Origin: Octopus sinensis
Lineage: Eukaryota
Assembly: GCF_006345805.1 (NCBI RefSeq)
Contig: NC_042999.1
Span: 142,972,001-143,036,000 of the forward strand
Length of the DNA stretch: 64,000 nt
Direction of reading: 5' to 3'
Part shown: positions 39,349-52,525 of the stretch, one piece after another
Position numbering within the stretch: the stretch's first letter is position 1
How the letters are laid out: the number at the start of each line of letters is the position of its first letter
Translations under genes and position numbers: made by a program
The notes under the pieces: generated by a model
Told to the model about the DNA's origin: nothing
Database searches by the model: none
Seen by the model: the letters and a program-made list of their open reading frames with translations, nothing else

Positions 39349-40631
39349 GTGTGTAAACCTTTTTTTTATTTCTCTTCTTTCACATTTTTTGTTCAGAATG
39401 ATATTTCTTCAGTCTTGCAATGTTTACACAAACATCTGTTAAACTTATACAGCTGTGCCACTTGCTATATAAGGGAAGCTGATGTTTGTTGACATTATTT
39501 AGACATTGAAATTCCTCTATGATCTACACAGCTGTTTTTCATTTATTTATTTAGATTATTATTATTACTTCAGTTTTATTTGTTTTTCTTTTTATCTTCA
39601 TCAGTTTCTTTAACAATTTTACATTAGTTTGTTTTTCTTTAGGAAACCTATGTATCCCCTTTATTGTTGGCTTTACAATCTGTAACATTTCTCTTTCAGT
39701 TTATTTCATTTATTATTATTTTTTAACACCCTTCTGTTTTAAGCAGTCAAACAAACCAAATGCTATTTACAGCTCAGAATGATTTCCAATTGTTTTTTTT
39801 TCTTTTTCTAATCAACACCATCTGTTTTGGGAGTGGGTGGGATTTTGAGATAATGTAGTTACTTTCTGATTGTTTCAAGGATGTGTGCTCCCTCTTCCCT
39901 ATCCCTAATTAAATCTATTTCTAGCTTCACTATATTTTAAAATATCCTGTAAGTAGAAATTTATTCTCATATCTGTTTGCTTTCCAGTTTTATGAATAAG
40001 GAATAAAACCATTGGATTTGCTCTGTTTATTGCAAACTTAGTTGTCTGCTGTAAAATGTAACTATCAAAATGTTCAATATTTACTAATCATAGTTGCAAC
40101 TTATGGTTGAATTTGAAAATATTTGCAAACACACAAAAGTGTACACACTCATACACACTAAATGGAATACTTTTTATGGAACTATCGTAAATTTCTTGAT
40201 CTGGGCATGTTTGTAATTTTTGTAAGATAGTCATGATCTACAGATCTGAGAGTGGACTTCAGCTAATTGAGCTAGCTTGATATTGATGCTTTAACTAAAT
40301 AACTCTTCTTTAATTTCTAACTTGAGATGTTCTGTGCAGATGAACTGTTTAAACATGACTAATAAGTTTAAAATTGTGGATTAGAGGAATTACTTAAGTT
40401 TCATTTTGAAGAATTGTCTTTAGTAAAAACCTACCTAGTTCTAAATTGTATTTTTCACATAAAAAAAAATTGATTCTTGGAATAGTTCCTGGCCACAGCC
40501 CAGTCACTGGAGCAGGTAAAAGAGTTTTCTTGAATTTGTTTCTTCATAGTATTAATTCACAAGGTCAAAGAATTTATATTTGCAAAAACTCTAACCAATG
40601 AGAGGCATATGTTCATAAGTATGTATATAAT

Positions 40632-41100
40632 CATTTTAATGTCTGCTTTTTCTATGCTTGTGTGGATCAGACAAAATGTGTTGACAGAATTTTACAGCCA
40701 GATGCTCTTCTCTCCAACCTCCCACTTTCCCAGCAAGATATTTCCGCTTGTTCTTTGGACATGAACAGCTCATGATCACAAAAGCAGAGGGTTAGTGTGC
40801 TGTTTATGATGCTATTTTTGTATGTGAATGGTGGTTTTGTTTACAAACAGCACACAAATGTGAAGACAGTGACACAAACACATGCACATGTGCACACTCA
40901 TTCACACAATTACTATCATTATTTAATGTCCACTTTTCTTGCTGGGATGATTTGGATGGTTCAACAGAATCTGATGAGTCAAGAGGATCACATTGTGCTG
41001 CAATGTCTTTTGTAGTTTGGTTTTTATGGTTGGATACCCACTCGAGTGCCAGTCACTTTACAGGATGTACTGGGTGCTTTTTTTCATTATACCAGTACAA
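40632..41100 (-). mobile_element. Antisense SINE and LINE-tail fragments
   Basis: cattttaatgtc...ttacagccagatgc and atttaatgtccacttttcttgctggg motifs. Confidence 0.55.
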
Positions 41101-41848
41101 GTGAAGTCAACTTGCTAAACTGGAGGAGAATGTTGAGGAAATAGTTACTGGCAACTTGAAGATAAAGTATGATGAGAGGAACAGATTTATAGTTGGGAGA
41201 TGGTGGTAGTAGAGGGAATAATTGTAGGGAAAGAGGAGGGATTGTGTCTAGTCACTGATAAAAAGATGGTAGTTAGGGTGATGAAATGAGTTAAGCCACA
41301 TGAGGGCAAGGATGGGCAGAAAGGGGCATCAAAGAAAATAGGTGAGAGTGGGTGGATCCAGAGAGAATCATTGAGGGGAAAGAGTTTTGTTAGGATCTTG
41401 GGGTAAGGCCAGAGGGGGAGAGGGGTATGTTGGTGGTAGCATATGAGCTGTACAGAGTGGACACTGAAGGAAAATGCAGCAGAGATGGGGATGATTGGAG
41501 TAGGGAGTGGATGGAAAATGGAAAATATGTACAAGTAGAATGAAGAGGATAGATCAATAGATAGTACTAGTAAAGGATTTTGGTGGGGGGTTAGGGATGG
41601 GTGAGTGTGAGATGCAGGGTGGACCATTCATAATTTACACAATCCATAGATGGTAGTGAGATATGAAATGGAGGGATATGAGTTGAAAGAATGAAAGTGA
41701 CTAACAGGTAGATGAGATGGATCACCCAGGAGTGCAGAAGGTGGTGGCAAATATAGGCTTAGCAGGCATGCATATACATACACATAGAAAACAAGCGTTA
41801 AATGATGATATATATATATGTTCCCTATATATATATATATATATATAT

Positions 41849-42676
41849 TGGAAAAATAAAAGTTGAAAATGCATTGAGACTAGTTAAAATATTTTTCATT
41901 AATATATTTGAAGCTTTTAAAGGGTTTCACATTTTACAATGATTTTCAAAAAGTTCAAATAGAAAGATTTGGCTTACGTCGCAGCTGTCTTGCCTCTAAC
42001 TAGTGTTTGAAGTTTGCCCTGTTTTTATAGGGAGTTCATGGCTCAAATTAATATACATTTTGAATAGGATTTGATTGGTAGAGAAGTCACATGACTGGTC
42101 TTAGGAATTTTTGTAGGTTCCCTGCTATGTTCTTGTGTTAGTACCAAGTGACAATGTTTGGTGTTGTAAGTTAAGGCTGACAGTTGACCAAACAAACAAT
42201 GCAGTGAGTGTTTTCTGTCAAATGTTTGTAGAGAATGAACACATTAAGTTTATAACCTTCTATACATTTCCTATTATGTTCGTGCTTTAGTGTCACGTGA
42301 CAGTATATTTTATATTAAAAAGCTTCGTGGGAGAGTGGACAGGAGTTTATATGTTGTCCAATGGCTAGTCAACTGTGTCAAACATTGTCACTTGATGCTA
42401 ACACACAGAGGTAGCAGGGAACCTACAAAAATTTCTAAGACCAGTCATGTGACTATCCTCTACCAATCAAATCCTATTTGAACCCATGAATTCCCTATAA
42501 AAACAGGGCAAACTTCTAACACTAGTTAGAAGCAAGACAACTGCGACATAAGCCAAATCTTTCTATTTGAACTTTTTGAAAATCAGTGTAAACTGTGAAG
42601 CCCTTTAAAACTTCAAATATATTAATAAAAAATATTTTAACTATTCTCAGTGCATTTTCAACTTCTATTTTTCCCA
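41849..42676. mobile_element. Long-TIR (fold-back/MITE) element, ~300 bp arms
   Basis: 41849-42160 is the reverse complement of 42379-42676; flanked by (TA)n and (CA)n tracts. Confidence 0.85.
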
Positions 42677-42775
42677 TCTGTGTAGAATAAAATAACTGTT
42701 TTCTACACACACACATTTTGAGTTAAATTTTTCCATTTTGTATCTTCAAACATATACTATATACATACACACATG

Positions 42776-42785
42776 CTCTCTCTCC

Positions 42786-42878
<93 letters not shown>
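42776..42878. repeat. Compound (CT)n(AT)n(AC)n microsatellite
   Basis: Read directly from sequence. Confidence 0.9.
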
Positions 42879-42879
<1 letters not shown>

Positions 42880-43619
42880 TGTATGTATGTATGTATGTGT
42901 CTCTACATCTGTGTTTTTGTGTGAATGGGTTTTTATATTCCTGTTGTTTTTTTACATGTATTTGTTGACTAGAAAAAACAGCCTTGCTATCAATATTGGG
43001 GTTGTGATTGCAGGTGATTGCAAAAACAGTTTCGTGTATCTTGACATGTTGCATGATCTTTATAAACAAAAGGACTTGAAATGGTGTCTGAGTTGGGTAA
43101 TGATAGCCTAGTAATTTGCTAGGATTGAAATGGATAAGGGTTAGCAACAGCAAGGATATCTGGCCAGAAAATCTGCCTCAATAAATTACATCTGCTCTAT
43201 ACAAGCATAAAAAACTAGAAGTTAAAATGACGACACAAACTAGCACGTGTGGAACTATGCCTAGGCATGTAACTGTGTGTATACATATATATATATATAT
43301 ATACACACACACTCACACAAATTACCGAAGCCATAAATGTTCTCTTTGGTACATGTCTATTTCCCATTTATACACACATATGGTGTTTGATATACCTGTA
43401 TTTGTCTCTCTCTCCACACACCCACACACACTCAACGGCCTTGAACATAATATCTGCCTCAGTATGTGTCATCAGCATGACAATTGTCCTGCCTTACTGT
43501 AGCCAAGGGGCTTCTTAGACATACAAAAAAGAGAACATTTATTTCCTAGGTAACGTATGTGTGTATGTATATATTTGTATCCTGCCAAACTTATGTATCC
43601 ATATAGAGATTCCAGCTAT

Positions 43620-44260
43620 CACTACCATCATTTTAATGCACCTTTTGCCATGAGCTGTTGGGTCTTCTGCAGCACCACATATCATCAATCAATATGGTTC
43701 TTTGACATCTCCAAGGTGCAACATCTTCAGGTCAGCCTTTACCAATTCATCCCATGTCTTTCTCGATTTCCTTCTTTCTTGGGTTTCTCTAACTTGGAGT
43801 GCATGGCACTTCCTTATGCAGCAACCATCCTCCATATGCATCTCATGCCCATACCAATGCAATTTTCTCTTGCACCCTACATTTGACTTCTGTTACACCC
43901 AGTTTTTTTTTCTCAGCTCATTTGTACTATGGTGATTATGCATGTTGACATCCATTGGGGTGAGCTTGCTTCATTTCTTTCTAGCCTTCACAAATCTTCT
44001 GTATTCAGTACTCACATCTTACTACCATGCATCATTGCAATTCAAACATAAGCATCAAAGAATCTGCCCTTCACTATAAAGAGGAAAGTGTTTGTTGCTT
44101 GCAGAAGTAATTGCTTTGTCAACATTTTCTAATCTATTACCCCATCTACTGCACTTTTGAATTGAAGTACAATCAACCCAACAAGCTTCTGAGCAGTTTC
44201 TATCTACTCAATTTTACTCGCAAACTTTGAGTTGACTCATGGTGGTGAAGTGAACTTAGA
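43620..44260 (-). mobile_element. Antisense RTE-like LINE 3' fragment
   Basis: Reverse complement of the RLHWYGHVMRM-type region seen in the other copies. Confidence 0.55.
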
Positions 44261-44304
44261 CCATACTACATCTACATAGGTATACATCCATTTATAAACA
44301 TTGT

Positions 44305-44413
<109 letters not shown>

Positions 44414-44542
44414 TCAATATGACACTGCCTCCAGTAGGATGTCATAGTTATCAGATGGCAATTGAGAAGAATCAAGACTTTTCCAAAGTTAGCATGCCAT
44501 AAAGGGAAAGGACAAAATACACCAACACACCTATAATATATA

Positions 44543-44600
<58 letters not shown>

Positions 44601-45289
44601 TAACTAATTCATATTATAGGTGTGTTTGTGCATGTGTATCTTGTCCTTTTTCTTTATAGCATGCCAACTTTGGAGAAGTATGTACACACACACACACCTA
44701 CACACAAATATATTCCAGGCCTTGATGTACATGGTGCAAATAATAATTTTATTTTTATATATAAATAAATAAATTTATGAATTGCTGTATATCTAATTCA
44801 TCCATTTGTCTTTAATGTTTTTCTATGCCAGCAAGAGTTGGGTGAATAAATATTGATAAATTGTTTTACAGCTTGAGGCACTTCCTGTCACTAATGCCTT
44901 ACCTGATTTTTCACTAATAGAATTGTCAAAAGTGCACAAATATAACCCACCCAATTTTATTTTCTCTCTCAATGCTTGATACAAGTACATGGAATACAAA
45001 CTTATGCAGATTTACATATACATGTGTGTGTCTGTATGTATGCATGTGTATGTTTTGAACAATGAAAACCTGAATGGCTGTACATGTTTTTGTTGAAGAT
45101 TTTGAATAAATGACACTGTATCAAGTTAGTTTTTTCACTTGGCTCACTCCTGAGACCTGTGATTGAAGACACCAGCCAACAGTACCACATAGTGAGAATG
45201 AACTTCTTAATAATACAGTCATGCCTGCACATATACACACAGTCTGATACATACAGATGCATGCATGCATACATACATATATACAGACA

Positions 45290-46160
45290 AGAGGGAATAT
45301 CCAAAAGTAACTGGAGATGTTTTCTGTGGGATAAGCCTGTTGTATGTAGTTTATGCTTCTGCTGCTTGAAGCCACTTGATGCAACCCTCAGGCATCAGTC
45401 TGCTGATCGGTGTCATTAGCTGAAGTTGTACTGCCACATGATGTGTCTTTGTTTTGCAGTGCTTCCCTGTTCGTTGATTTTTGTGTTGACTGAAATGAAG
45501 GAACAGCCTGCTTTTGTGAAATTGTGTTTTCTGCTGGGGGAAATGGTGGCTGAAACAGTTTCATGCTTCAAACAGTTTACAAAGCTGCTACCAGGAGCAA
45601 AATACAAGTTTACGAATGGTTTTCATTCTTTAAGAATAGTCACTTGTTACTTAAAGACCAACCTCATTCAGGGTGTCTGTCGACCTCCTGAATGAATGAA
45701 AACTTCACAAAATTCACGGACTGATCTTGGAGGACCGTCCTTGAACAACTGAACTTGTTGACATGATTGGTGTGTCCTGGAACTCCTGCCAACGAATTTT
45801 GAGTGAGGAATTGTGAATAGAAAATAGTTGTAGCAAAATTTATGCCTCTTTTGCTCACGGAAGATCAAAAGCAGTCACAACTGAATGTGTCATGAACTGA
45901 AAGAACAGTTGGAAGTTGATCCAGACCTTTCGAAGGTGATCGCTGGTGATGAAAGCTGGTGCTACAGACTTGCAGATGTGGAAGTGGTGAAGAAAACAAT
46001 GATTGAGGCATTAAAAGGCATCACTTCACAAGAGTTCCAGTACTGCTTCAGACAGTGCAAAACGCATCTGGACTGATGTATTGCTTCAAATGGAGAATAC
46101 TTTGAAGGCAATGTGTAAACATGTAAAATTAAGTGAATTAAATAACATTGCTAAATTCCT
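45290..46160 (+). mobile_element. Internally deleted mariner derivative
   Basis: Peptides MKEQPAFVKLCFLLG (N-terminus), VIAGDESWCY (first catalytic D), ASNGEYFEG (C-terminus); the catalytic middle is missing. Confidence 0.8.
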
Positions 46161-46170
46161 CGTGTGTGTG

Positions 46171-46219
<49 letters not shown>

Positions 46220-46337
46220 GAGTATACAGTGTAGTATAGTTTTCATGAAGACTTGTCTGAAATGTATATACATACATTTTTAATTAGGAGAGTATTGTTC
46301 TTCGCTTGAAGCATTGTATATTGGTTGTAAAGAATAA

Positions 46338-46623
46338 AAAGTTTTGAATGGTACAACAATGCACTATAATACAAACAATGGACTATAATAACTGTTGTGA
46401 TTTAGTCATCCATAGTCTGATGAGATTTCGGAATAAAATTCTTGCTTCAGATATTCTTAGATGGAGTTGCTGCTATAATTGGTTTATAGTAACGACTCCA
46501 TCTAAGAATATCTGAAGAAGGAATTTTATTCCAAAATCTCATCAGACTATGGATGACTAAATTACAATAAGTATATAGTCCATTGTTTGTATTATAGTGC
46601 ATTGTTGTACCATTCAAAACTTT
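46338..46623. repeat. Near-perfect ~286 bp palindrome (hairpin MITE)
   Basis: ~140 bp arms with a ~5 nt loop near 46480 (ctataa-ttggt-ttatag). Confidence 0.92.
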
Positions 46624-46636
46624 ATATTTTTAATTA

Positions 46637-46943
46637 TTTTTTTTAACCCCAAACAATGCAAATTATAAAAAATAACAAAGGTCACTGCTTAAGACTTTTA
46701 CCTGGTATTTCAATATTTCTTGATTAGAATCCATTCTTCAGGAAGTCTATAGGGAAAAAATGTTAGTTGCATTCTCTTGTCATATACACAACAAAGTAGA
46801 GAAATCTAACAACATCTTTTCTTTGAAGACTTCCTGAAGAAGGGGTCCTAACCATGAAATATTGAAATACCAAGTAAAAGTACTAACCATTGACCTTTGT
46901 TATTAATTTTTTTTTAACTTCATTGTTTTGGGTTTGAAAAAAA
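46637..46943. repeat. Second imperfect ~300 bp palindrome adjacent to the first
   Basis: aataacaaaggtca...ggtatttcaatatttc...ttcttcaggaagtc pairs with gacttcctgaagaa...gaaatattgaaatacc...tgacctttgttatt. Confidence 0.85.
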
Positions 46944-48607
46944 TGATCTAATGCATTACATATATATAATTACTATATCATAACCTAGTATTTTATCTTT
47001 GAAAACATGACAAATCATTGTCACTTGAACTATATTTTGTTACCCTATCTATTAAATCTAGCTGGAAACCATTTAGTAAACACTAACACACATCTGATGA
47101 GGATTTTTAAATTTCATTCACACCAATTCGACTTTTTCATGACACAACTAAATTCTATGGAGTCTAGAATATTTTAAAATTATGACTAGTTTTTCCTTGG
47201 CTTGTGGGTTTAAGGCTTGTATACATGTAGTGCTGTATAAATGAAGATATACTATTTATTTTTAGTATTGACTTTATTTGTTTTTGTTATGGAAATTTAG
47301 AATTAATATTCTTAATAGAACTAAAGAAAGATTTATGACGAAATAACATCAGTAGCCTGACAAAGCCAAGTTAATGTGTAGAGTATTAAACTTTATTGCA
47401 GTAGTAATTTTTACACCAAAAGAGGTATTGGTATTATAACTGAGCTGCTTTCTTGAAGACACAGCATTTAGTAATATTGTTTTTTAACTGCTATACACTA
47501 TTCCTTACCATTAAACCATTACACATAAAACAAAGTTTTCTTGATATTTTTAAATAGCTTTTTTTTGTTTTTGTGTGCACCACTGCCAAATGTCTCAAGT
47601 TAGTAGACCATGAAGTCTACCAGGTTATTTCTTGATAATTTAGAAACATTTTCTACATTCAAAATTTTTTTCCTGCAACCTTAGGTTTTTTAGTCTTTTG
47701 ATCGTTGGTGTACAGTGTTGTTGCATAAAAATGTTGATATTGGTGTGAACACTTCAGTATTTTAATTTTTAAAATACCACTAGCAGTAAATCATGTATTC
47801 AGGAACTTAAATCTCTGCCAGCTGCTGTGAAATGTTCAGGTATTAAATCTCAATTGTATAAAGATTTTAACATTTTATACTTCCGTGACTCTTGTTGCTT
47901 TTGAAGTGATTGAACATAATTTTACATAATTGTCTATGGAACATTTTTTGTCAATTCACTATTTTATGCATGTTTCTTTGAAATTTTTTACAGGTTTGTA
48001 TTTGCAGTAAAGCTCTCTAAATATAATTTTTTGCTCAAAATAATATTACTTTGTTTTTTTACTATTGAAATAGAACATGAAGTGTTTATATTTTACTTGC
48101 AATTAGCGGACATTAGTTCTGATATAATTTTTATACATCACTCAAACTGTCTAGCTGATTCTGTAAATGCTAAATTATGTAAGGTTTGTATGCTTAAATA
48201 AGTAATAATTGTTCTATAATTATCACTGAGTGATGACATATCTTATGATCTATTTATAGTTCATGATTGCTGATCAGTTATAGAGATCTATTTTTGTACA
48301 AATATGTTAAATATGAACTATAAAATAAAAAGAATTTGTGGCTGACAGCAAGATAAACTTAAGGGAGATTAGATGTATAAAAGTAGTTGAAGTTTAATAT
48401 TTTGTAACTATCAAATAATATAAAAAGTTTATAGAATCCTCCAAGTGGGAATATGACAATGGAAATTTAAAAAAAAACAACAAAAAAAAACCCCACTTTG
48501 GTTGATGAAAATAAATTTATTACTTATTAATGTGGTTATTTGACATTTTATTCAGTCTTATTGATTGTAGAGTTTATACAAAATTTGAAGTAAATTTTAT
48601 GATGGGT

Positions 48608-48965
48608 ATGGTTGGGTGGTTAAGAAGCTTGCTGCCCAACTGGGTTCAGTCTTGCTGTGACACCCTGGACAAGTGTCTTTTATAATGCTCGGTTGACCAA
48701 ACCCTTGTGAGTGGATTTAAAAGATTCCCATCATATATGTGTTTGTGTGTAGGACTTCTTATCTTGATATCATGTGATGATTGTAGACAAGCATCACTGT
48801 TATACAATGTTTGCTTTTAGTCTTCCATGAAAAACGTATCTGGCTATGGAGAAATATTACCTGGCTTGGAATAGGTATGGGTTGGTAACAAGGACGACAT
48901 CTAGTTGAAAATCTGTCAACAAATTCTGTCTGATCCATAGAAAAAGTTGACATTAAATGTTGATG
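48608..48965 (+). mobile_element. tRNA-headed SINE, near complete; the 3' part also occurs at 1-100
   Basis: ggttaagaagcttgctgcccaac...gacaagtgtc...ggagaaatattacc...gacattaaatg. Confidence 0.65.
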
Positions 48966-50423
48966 GGGATATAGTCTTCTTTGTTTATTAGTTTAAATAT
49001 TTTTTGAAGCTAAGTACTGTAAATGTAGTAGGTTTGTTGCCCATAAATTATAATAAGTGCTAACAGCTGAATTCTTTTTTTTTTCTTTTTTTTGAAGATC
49101 CACAGTGAATTTTCTGCCATTCTCACTGGTATACAACAATTGTATCAAAACTATTGATCTGATTTATTCACTTGATGTACATATTGCTTTTCAGCTAATC
49201 AGGAGTGATGTTTCATCATTATGCCACTTTCTACTGTTCGTTAACATGTTTCAGTCCTTCACTTTCAGGTCCCTATAAATCAGTTGAGCTTTAGATTTCC
49301 TTATTTAACTTGATTGTATAGGAGATAATTGATTTGTTTTAATTTTTTTTTTGTCTTACTTTTGGTAAATGCTAATACTTCTTTTATGAAGAAAATAGTT
49401 TTTAATGAATTTTAGTTTGATTTAAAGGGACTTTTGTGTATTTGTGAAAACTACAAGCATTTAGTATCATTTAGCAACTTTCAATGTTAGACAAAATGAC
49501 TTTTGTTTATTTGTGAAAATTACAAAGCTTTAGCACTGGGTCAGGCCTAATCAAGCTTTCTGGCTGTGACCATCTTGTCATTTTGTATATTGGGGACTAT
49601 ATGTTAAAAGGAAATGTTTGTATTTGAGGCTAAGCATGTAACTATGCATGTATATGTGAGAGATTTCTATCAACCAAATTGTGTTCATAAGAAACTTTCA
49701 AATTCCTAATTTTCACTTAAATGTAAAACATGGTCCCTATCTATTATGTTATATTTTTTTGGAGATAGCTAGGTTGGGAGGGCAAGAAATTTAGAAATGT
49801 CATTCTAATTATTACACATGGGGGTTTCAGTTATCATATGAAAACTAAACTGCTGATTGCTCATGACATCTTCTGTTTGGGGATCTAAAGAATATACTAA
49901 CTACCAGCAAAACTGGACTTCTTACAGTCAGCTGGCAATAACAGGCCATTTGCACAGAAACTGAATATAAAACAAATCAAAAAGGATAAGGTGTGCATGT
50001 GTCAGATGTTTATCAATTTATAGATTTTGAATTATGTTACTACTGTGAGATGTCTTACTGAAACAATAGTAAATAGCAAACAACATATTCCAAAATGCCA
50101 AGTATGCAATGAAATAGAATAGTTTGGATTTGGCAGCTTAGAAAACAATAGTGTTTTTTTGTTTTTTTATAAACTCTTAAGAATTGTAACTATTTGAGCT
50201 TGTTATAATTCTTTCATGTTAAATATTCAAGTTGACACACATAGACACACTTTTCATATTTATGAAATATTTTCTTTCAGCAATCATTCCAATTCTGTCA
50301 GAAGTAATTTCTGTAACAGTAATTTGTTTTCCTCTGTTTACATTTATTTTCAGTAAAATTTCTATTGTGTTTTTTTTTTTTTTATCTTTGCTTTATATTA
50401 ATTGGAAATTTGTTTCAATATAG

Positions 50424-50598
50424 GTGTACTTCCTTGCGGAATATCCGTGACAATGAAGAAAAGGATTCTGCTTTCCGTGGAGTGTGTAACATGATAAATG
50501 TGAACCCAGCTGGTGTTGTACAAGATTTCATTTTCTTCTGTGATGCTGTTGCCTCTTGGGTGCACCCCAAACATGACCTTAAAGAAATGTTCTACAAG
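50424..50598 (+). CDS. TNPO1: Transportin exon ([19 protein letters not shown]...KEMFYK)
   Basis: atatag / gtgaat, 175 nt. Confidence 0.95.
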
Positions 50599-51175
50599 GT
50601 GAATTTCTTTATTGATCATTTCAATTTATTTGTTTGGTTGTGTGTACATTTCTTGTAAGGAATATTTGCAAGTGAACTTTTAGAACATGTGTTTTTATAG
50701 CTAGATGTCCAATCTAACAGTCTGTAAATTATGAAGAGGAAGTTGTTTTCAGCTAATAGACTGCTTTATGCAGGTAAATTATCTTCATCTGGGTACTTAA
50801 GCTCTTATAGTTAATTGTATAAGACCTAAATTTAAGAAAGTTTTTTAAAGTAACCAAGTAGTTGATGCATGCAGTTCGAATTTTTGTGCTTCTAAACAAG
50901 ATACTTGATTTCATTTTAAATTTCAAATATTTTTCTGAGTAAGCCACTTAATTGTACATCTTAAAGTTCACTGAATTGTTTAATAAGTATCAGATCTTCA
51001 GAGAATGTCACATACCTAAGATAAACTTGCTAATTTTGGAGGTGTGAACACCTCAACCATTTATGAGATCTTTGTGGTTTGTGAACCGATGGATGCACAC
51101 TCATGTATATCTAATTTATAATTTACATTTATTTGCATTAAATATGTATTGCTTTTGTTTACATTTTTAAATCAG

Positions 51176-51283
51176 ATTCTTCATGGATTCAAGCAACAAG
51201 TTGGAGATGAGAATTGGTCCAAGTTTTCAGACCAGTTTCCACAACCTCTTAGAGAGCGACTTGCTGTTAATTATGGAGTTTGA
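51176..51283 (+). CDS. TNPO1: Transportin last coding exon ([14 protein letters not shown]...LAVNYGV*)
   Basis: aatcag acceptor; TGA at 51281-51283; donor gtatgt at 51309, 25 nt after the stop. Confidence 0.95.
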   Translation: MLHGFKQQVGDENWSKFSDQFPQPLRERLAVNYGV

Positions 51284-51536
51284 TTATCTAGGTTGCTCAC
51301 CAAGGATGGTATGTATTTAATAACTTATTTGCATGTCAGTGAATAAATGTATACTATTTATGATCAGATTCATAAATATAGCAGCCTAATGAGGCTATAA
51401 AATAATTTATCAAGGAAAGTAAAAATTACTAATAATTAATAGATTTTGATTTTTAAAAAAAATGTTCTCAAAACTTGTACAGTAATTCAGCAACAGTAAT
51501 ATTACTGGTAAAGTTAATGAATAATAGTATATTGCT

Positions 51537-51909
51537 ACTAGCAGTATCGCCCGGCGTTGCTAGGGTTTGTTTCGACCCTTTAGAATTGGAATTTTCGAAA
51601 AGTAAAAATTTTGCATTATGTAGCTTGTTATTCTCTTTAAGTGAACATTTTTCTGGTTGAAATACACCGAAAAATGGCGACACAGCAGTAAAAAAATCGT
51701 AAAAAATAGGGATTTTTTTATGTAAATAATTTTTGGTGTTAACATGGACCGATATGAATTTTTTCTTCTACGGAAGGAAGAGCAAGCTTTCTTCTATCAT
51801 ACTCTTCAATTTTGGTCAACTTGCACCGCAGGGTCTTGGAGGAGATACTGTTAGTTGAAGGCTACCAAACCTGCCATACGAAGACAACTTCAGCTTTATA
51901 TATATATAT
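51537..51909 (+). mobile_element. Helitron/Helentron-like non-autonomous element, CpG-retaining
   Basis: Starts actagcagtatcgcccggcgttgc and ends ctttatatatatat, like Lep1/DINE-type elements; family assignment is inference. Confidence 0.5.
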
Positions 51910-52099
51910 TTTTGTTGATCAAATAATTGCATTGTTGAATTATTCTTTTAGATCAGTATTTCTCAACGGGGATTTCAGGGGAGAGTTTCAGGGAGTCGCT
52001 GGCGATGTATCGTGATGATCAAAAATCCGGCCTGCTAAAATTTGGTTAAAGTGATTCAAACTGCAGACTCAACGCAAAATGGTCACATTTAATTCAAAG

Positions 52100-52525
52100 C
52101 GTTAAAAATGTTATGAAAACAATTGGTATGTGTTCACAAAATCCAAACGATTAATACGAAAAAACCCTCCAGGCTACATCCCGAAAATTCATTTCTTTGC
52201 CGAATTTCTACAATGTTTACGGCGATTCTTTTTTATATCTTGATTTTTTATTTTTCACGCAATTTACGCATGCTTGCACACGTGGTGAACAGAGTTCACA
52301 TCAAACAGCTGACTGAGTAAAGTTCACTATTCAATGCATGGGATAAGGCCTAAACAAACACATTATCGATTTTTGCACTTGCGAGATGAATTTCGGAACA
52401 GAAATAACGCAGTTCAAGTTTCATTCACCTAAACTTTGTGACCCATTTTTGGTGGTTCTACGATTTGTTGGCTAGGAGATGTGCCGGGAAGTTAGACACA
52501 CAAGTTGAGTTTTATATATATAGAT
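52100..52525 (+). mobile_element. Second Helitron-like 3' portion
   Basis: CpG-rich; ends gttttatatatatagat. Confidence 0.4.

Noticed and set aside
46405-46420. CTGATGA motifs elsewhere (46406, 47095, 63193) as further hammerheads or C/D-box snoRNAs
   Set aside because: No correctly placed stem II plus GAAA, and no C/D pair with terminal stem at snoRNA-like spacing.
50281-50318. Micro-exon after tttctttcag upstream of exon 50424
   Set aside because: The possible lengths (23 or 38 nt) fit neither as an insertion nor as a mutually exclusive partner of the 76-nt exon, and there is no similarity to transportin.
51281-51308. Stop-codon read-through of TGA-TTA into the UTR exon
   Set aside because: The context is not the strong TGA-CTA(G) type, and the extension would be only about 12 aa (LSRLLTKDGKGF*).
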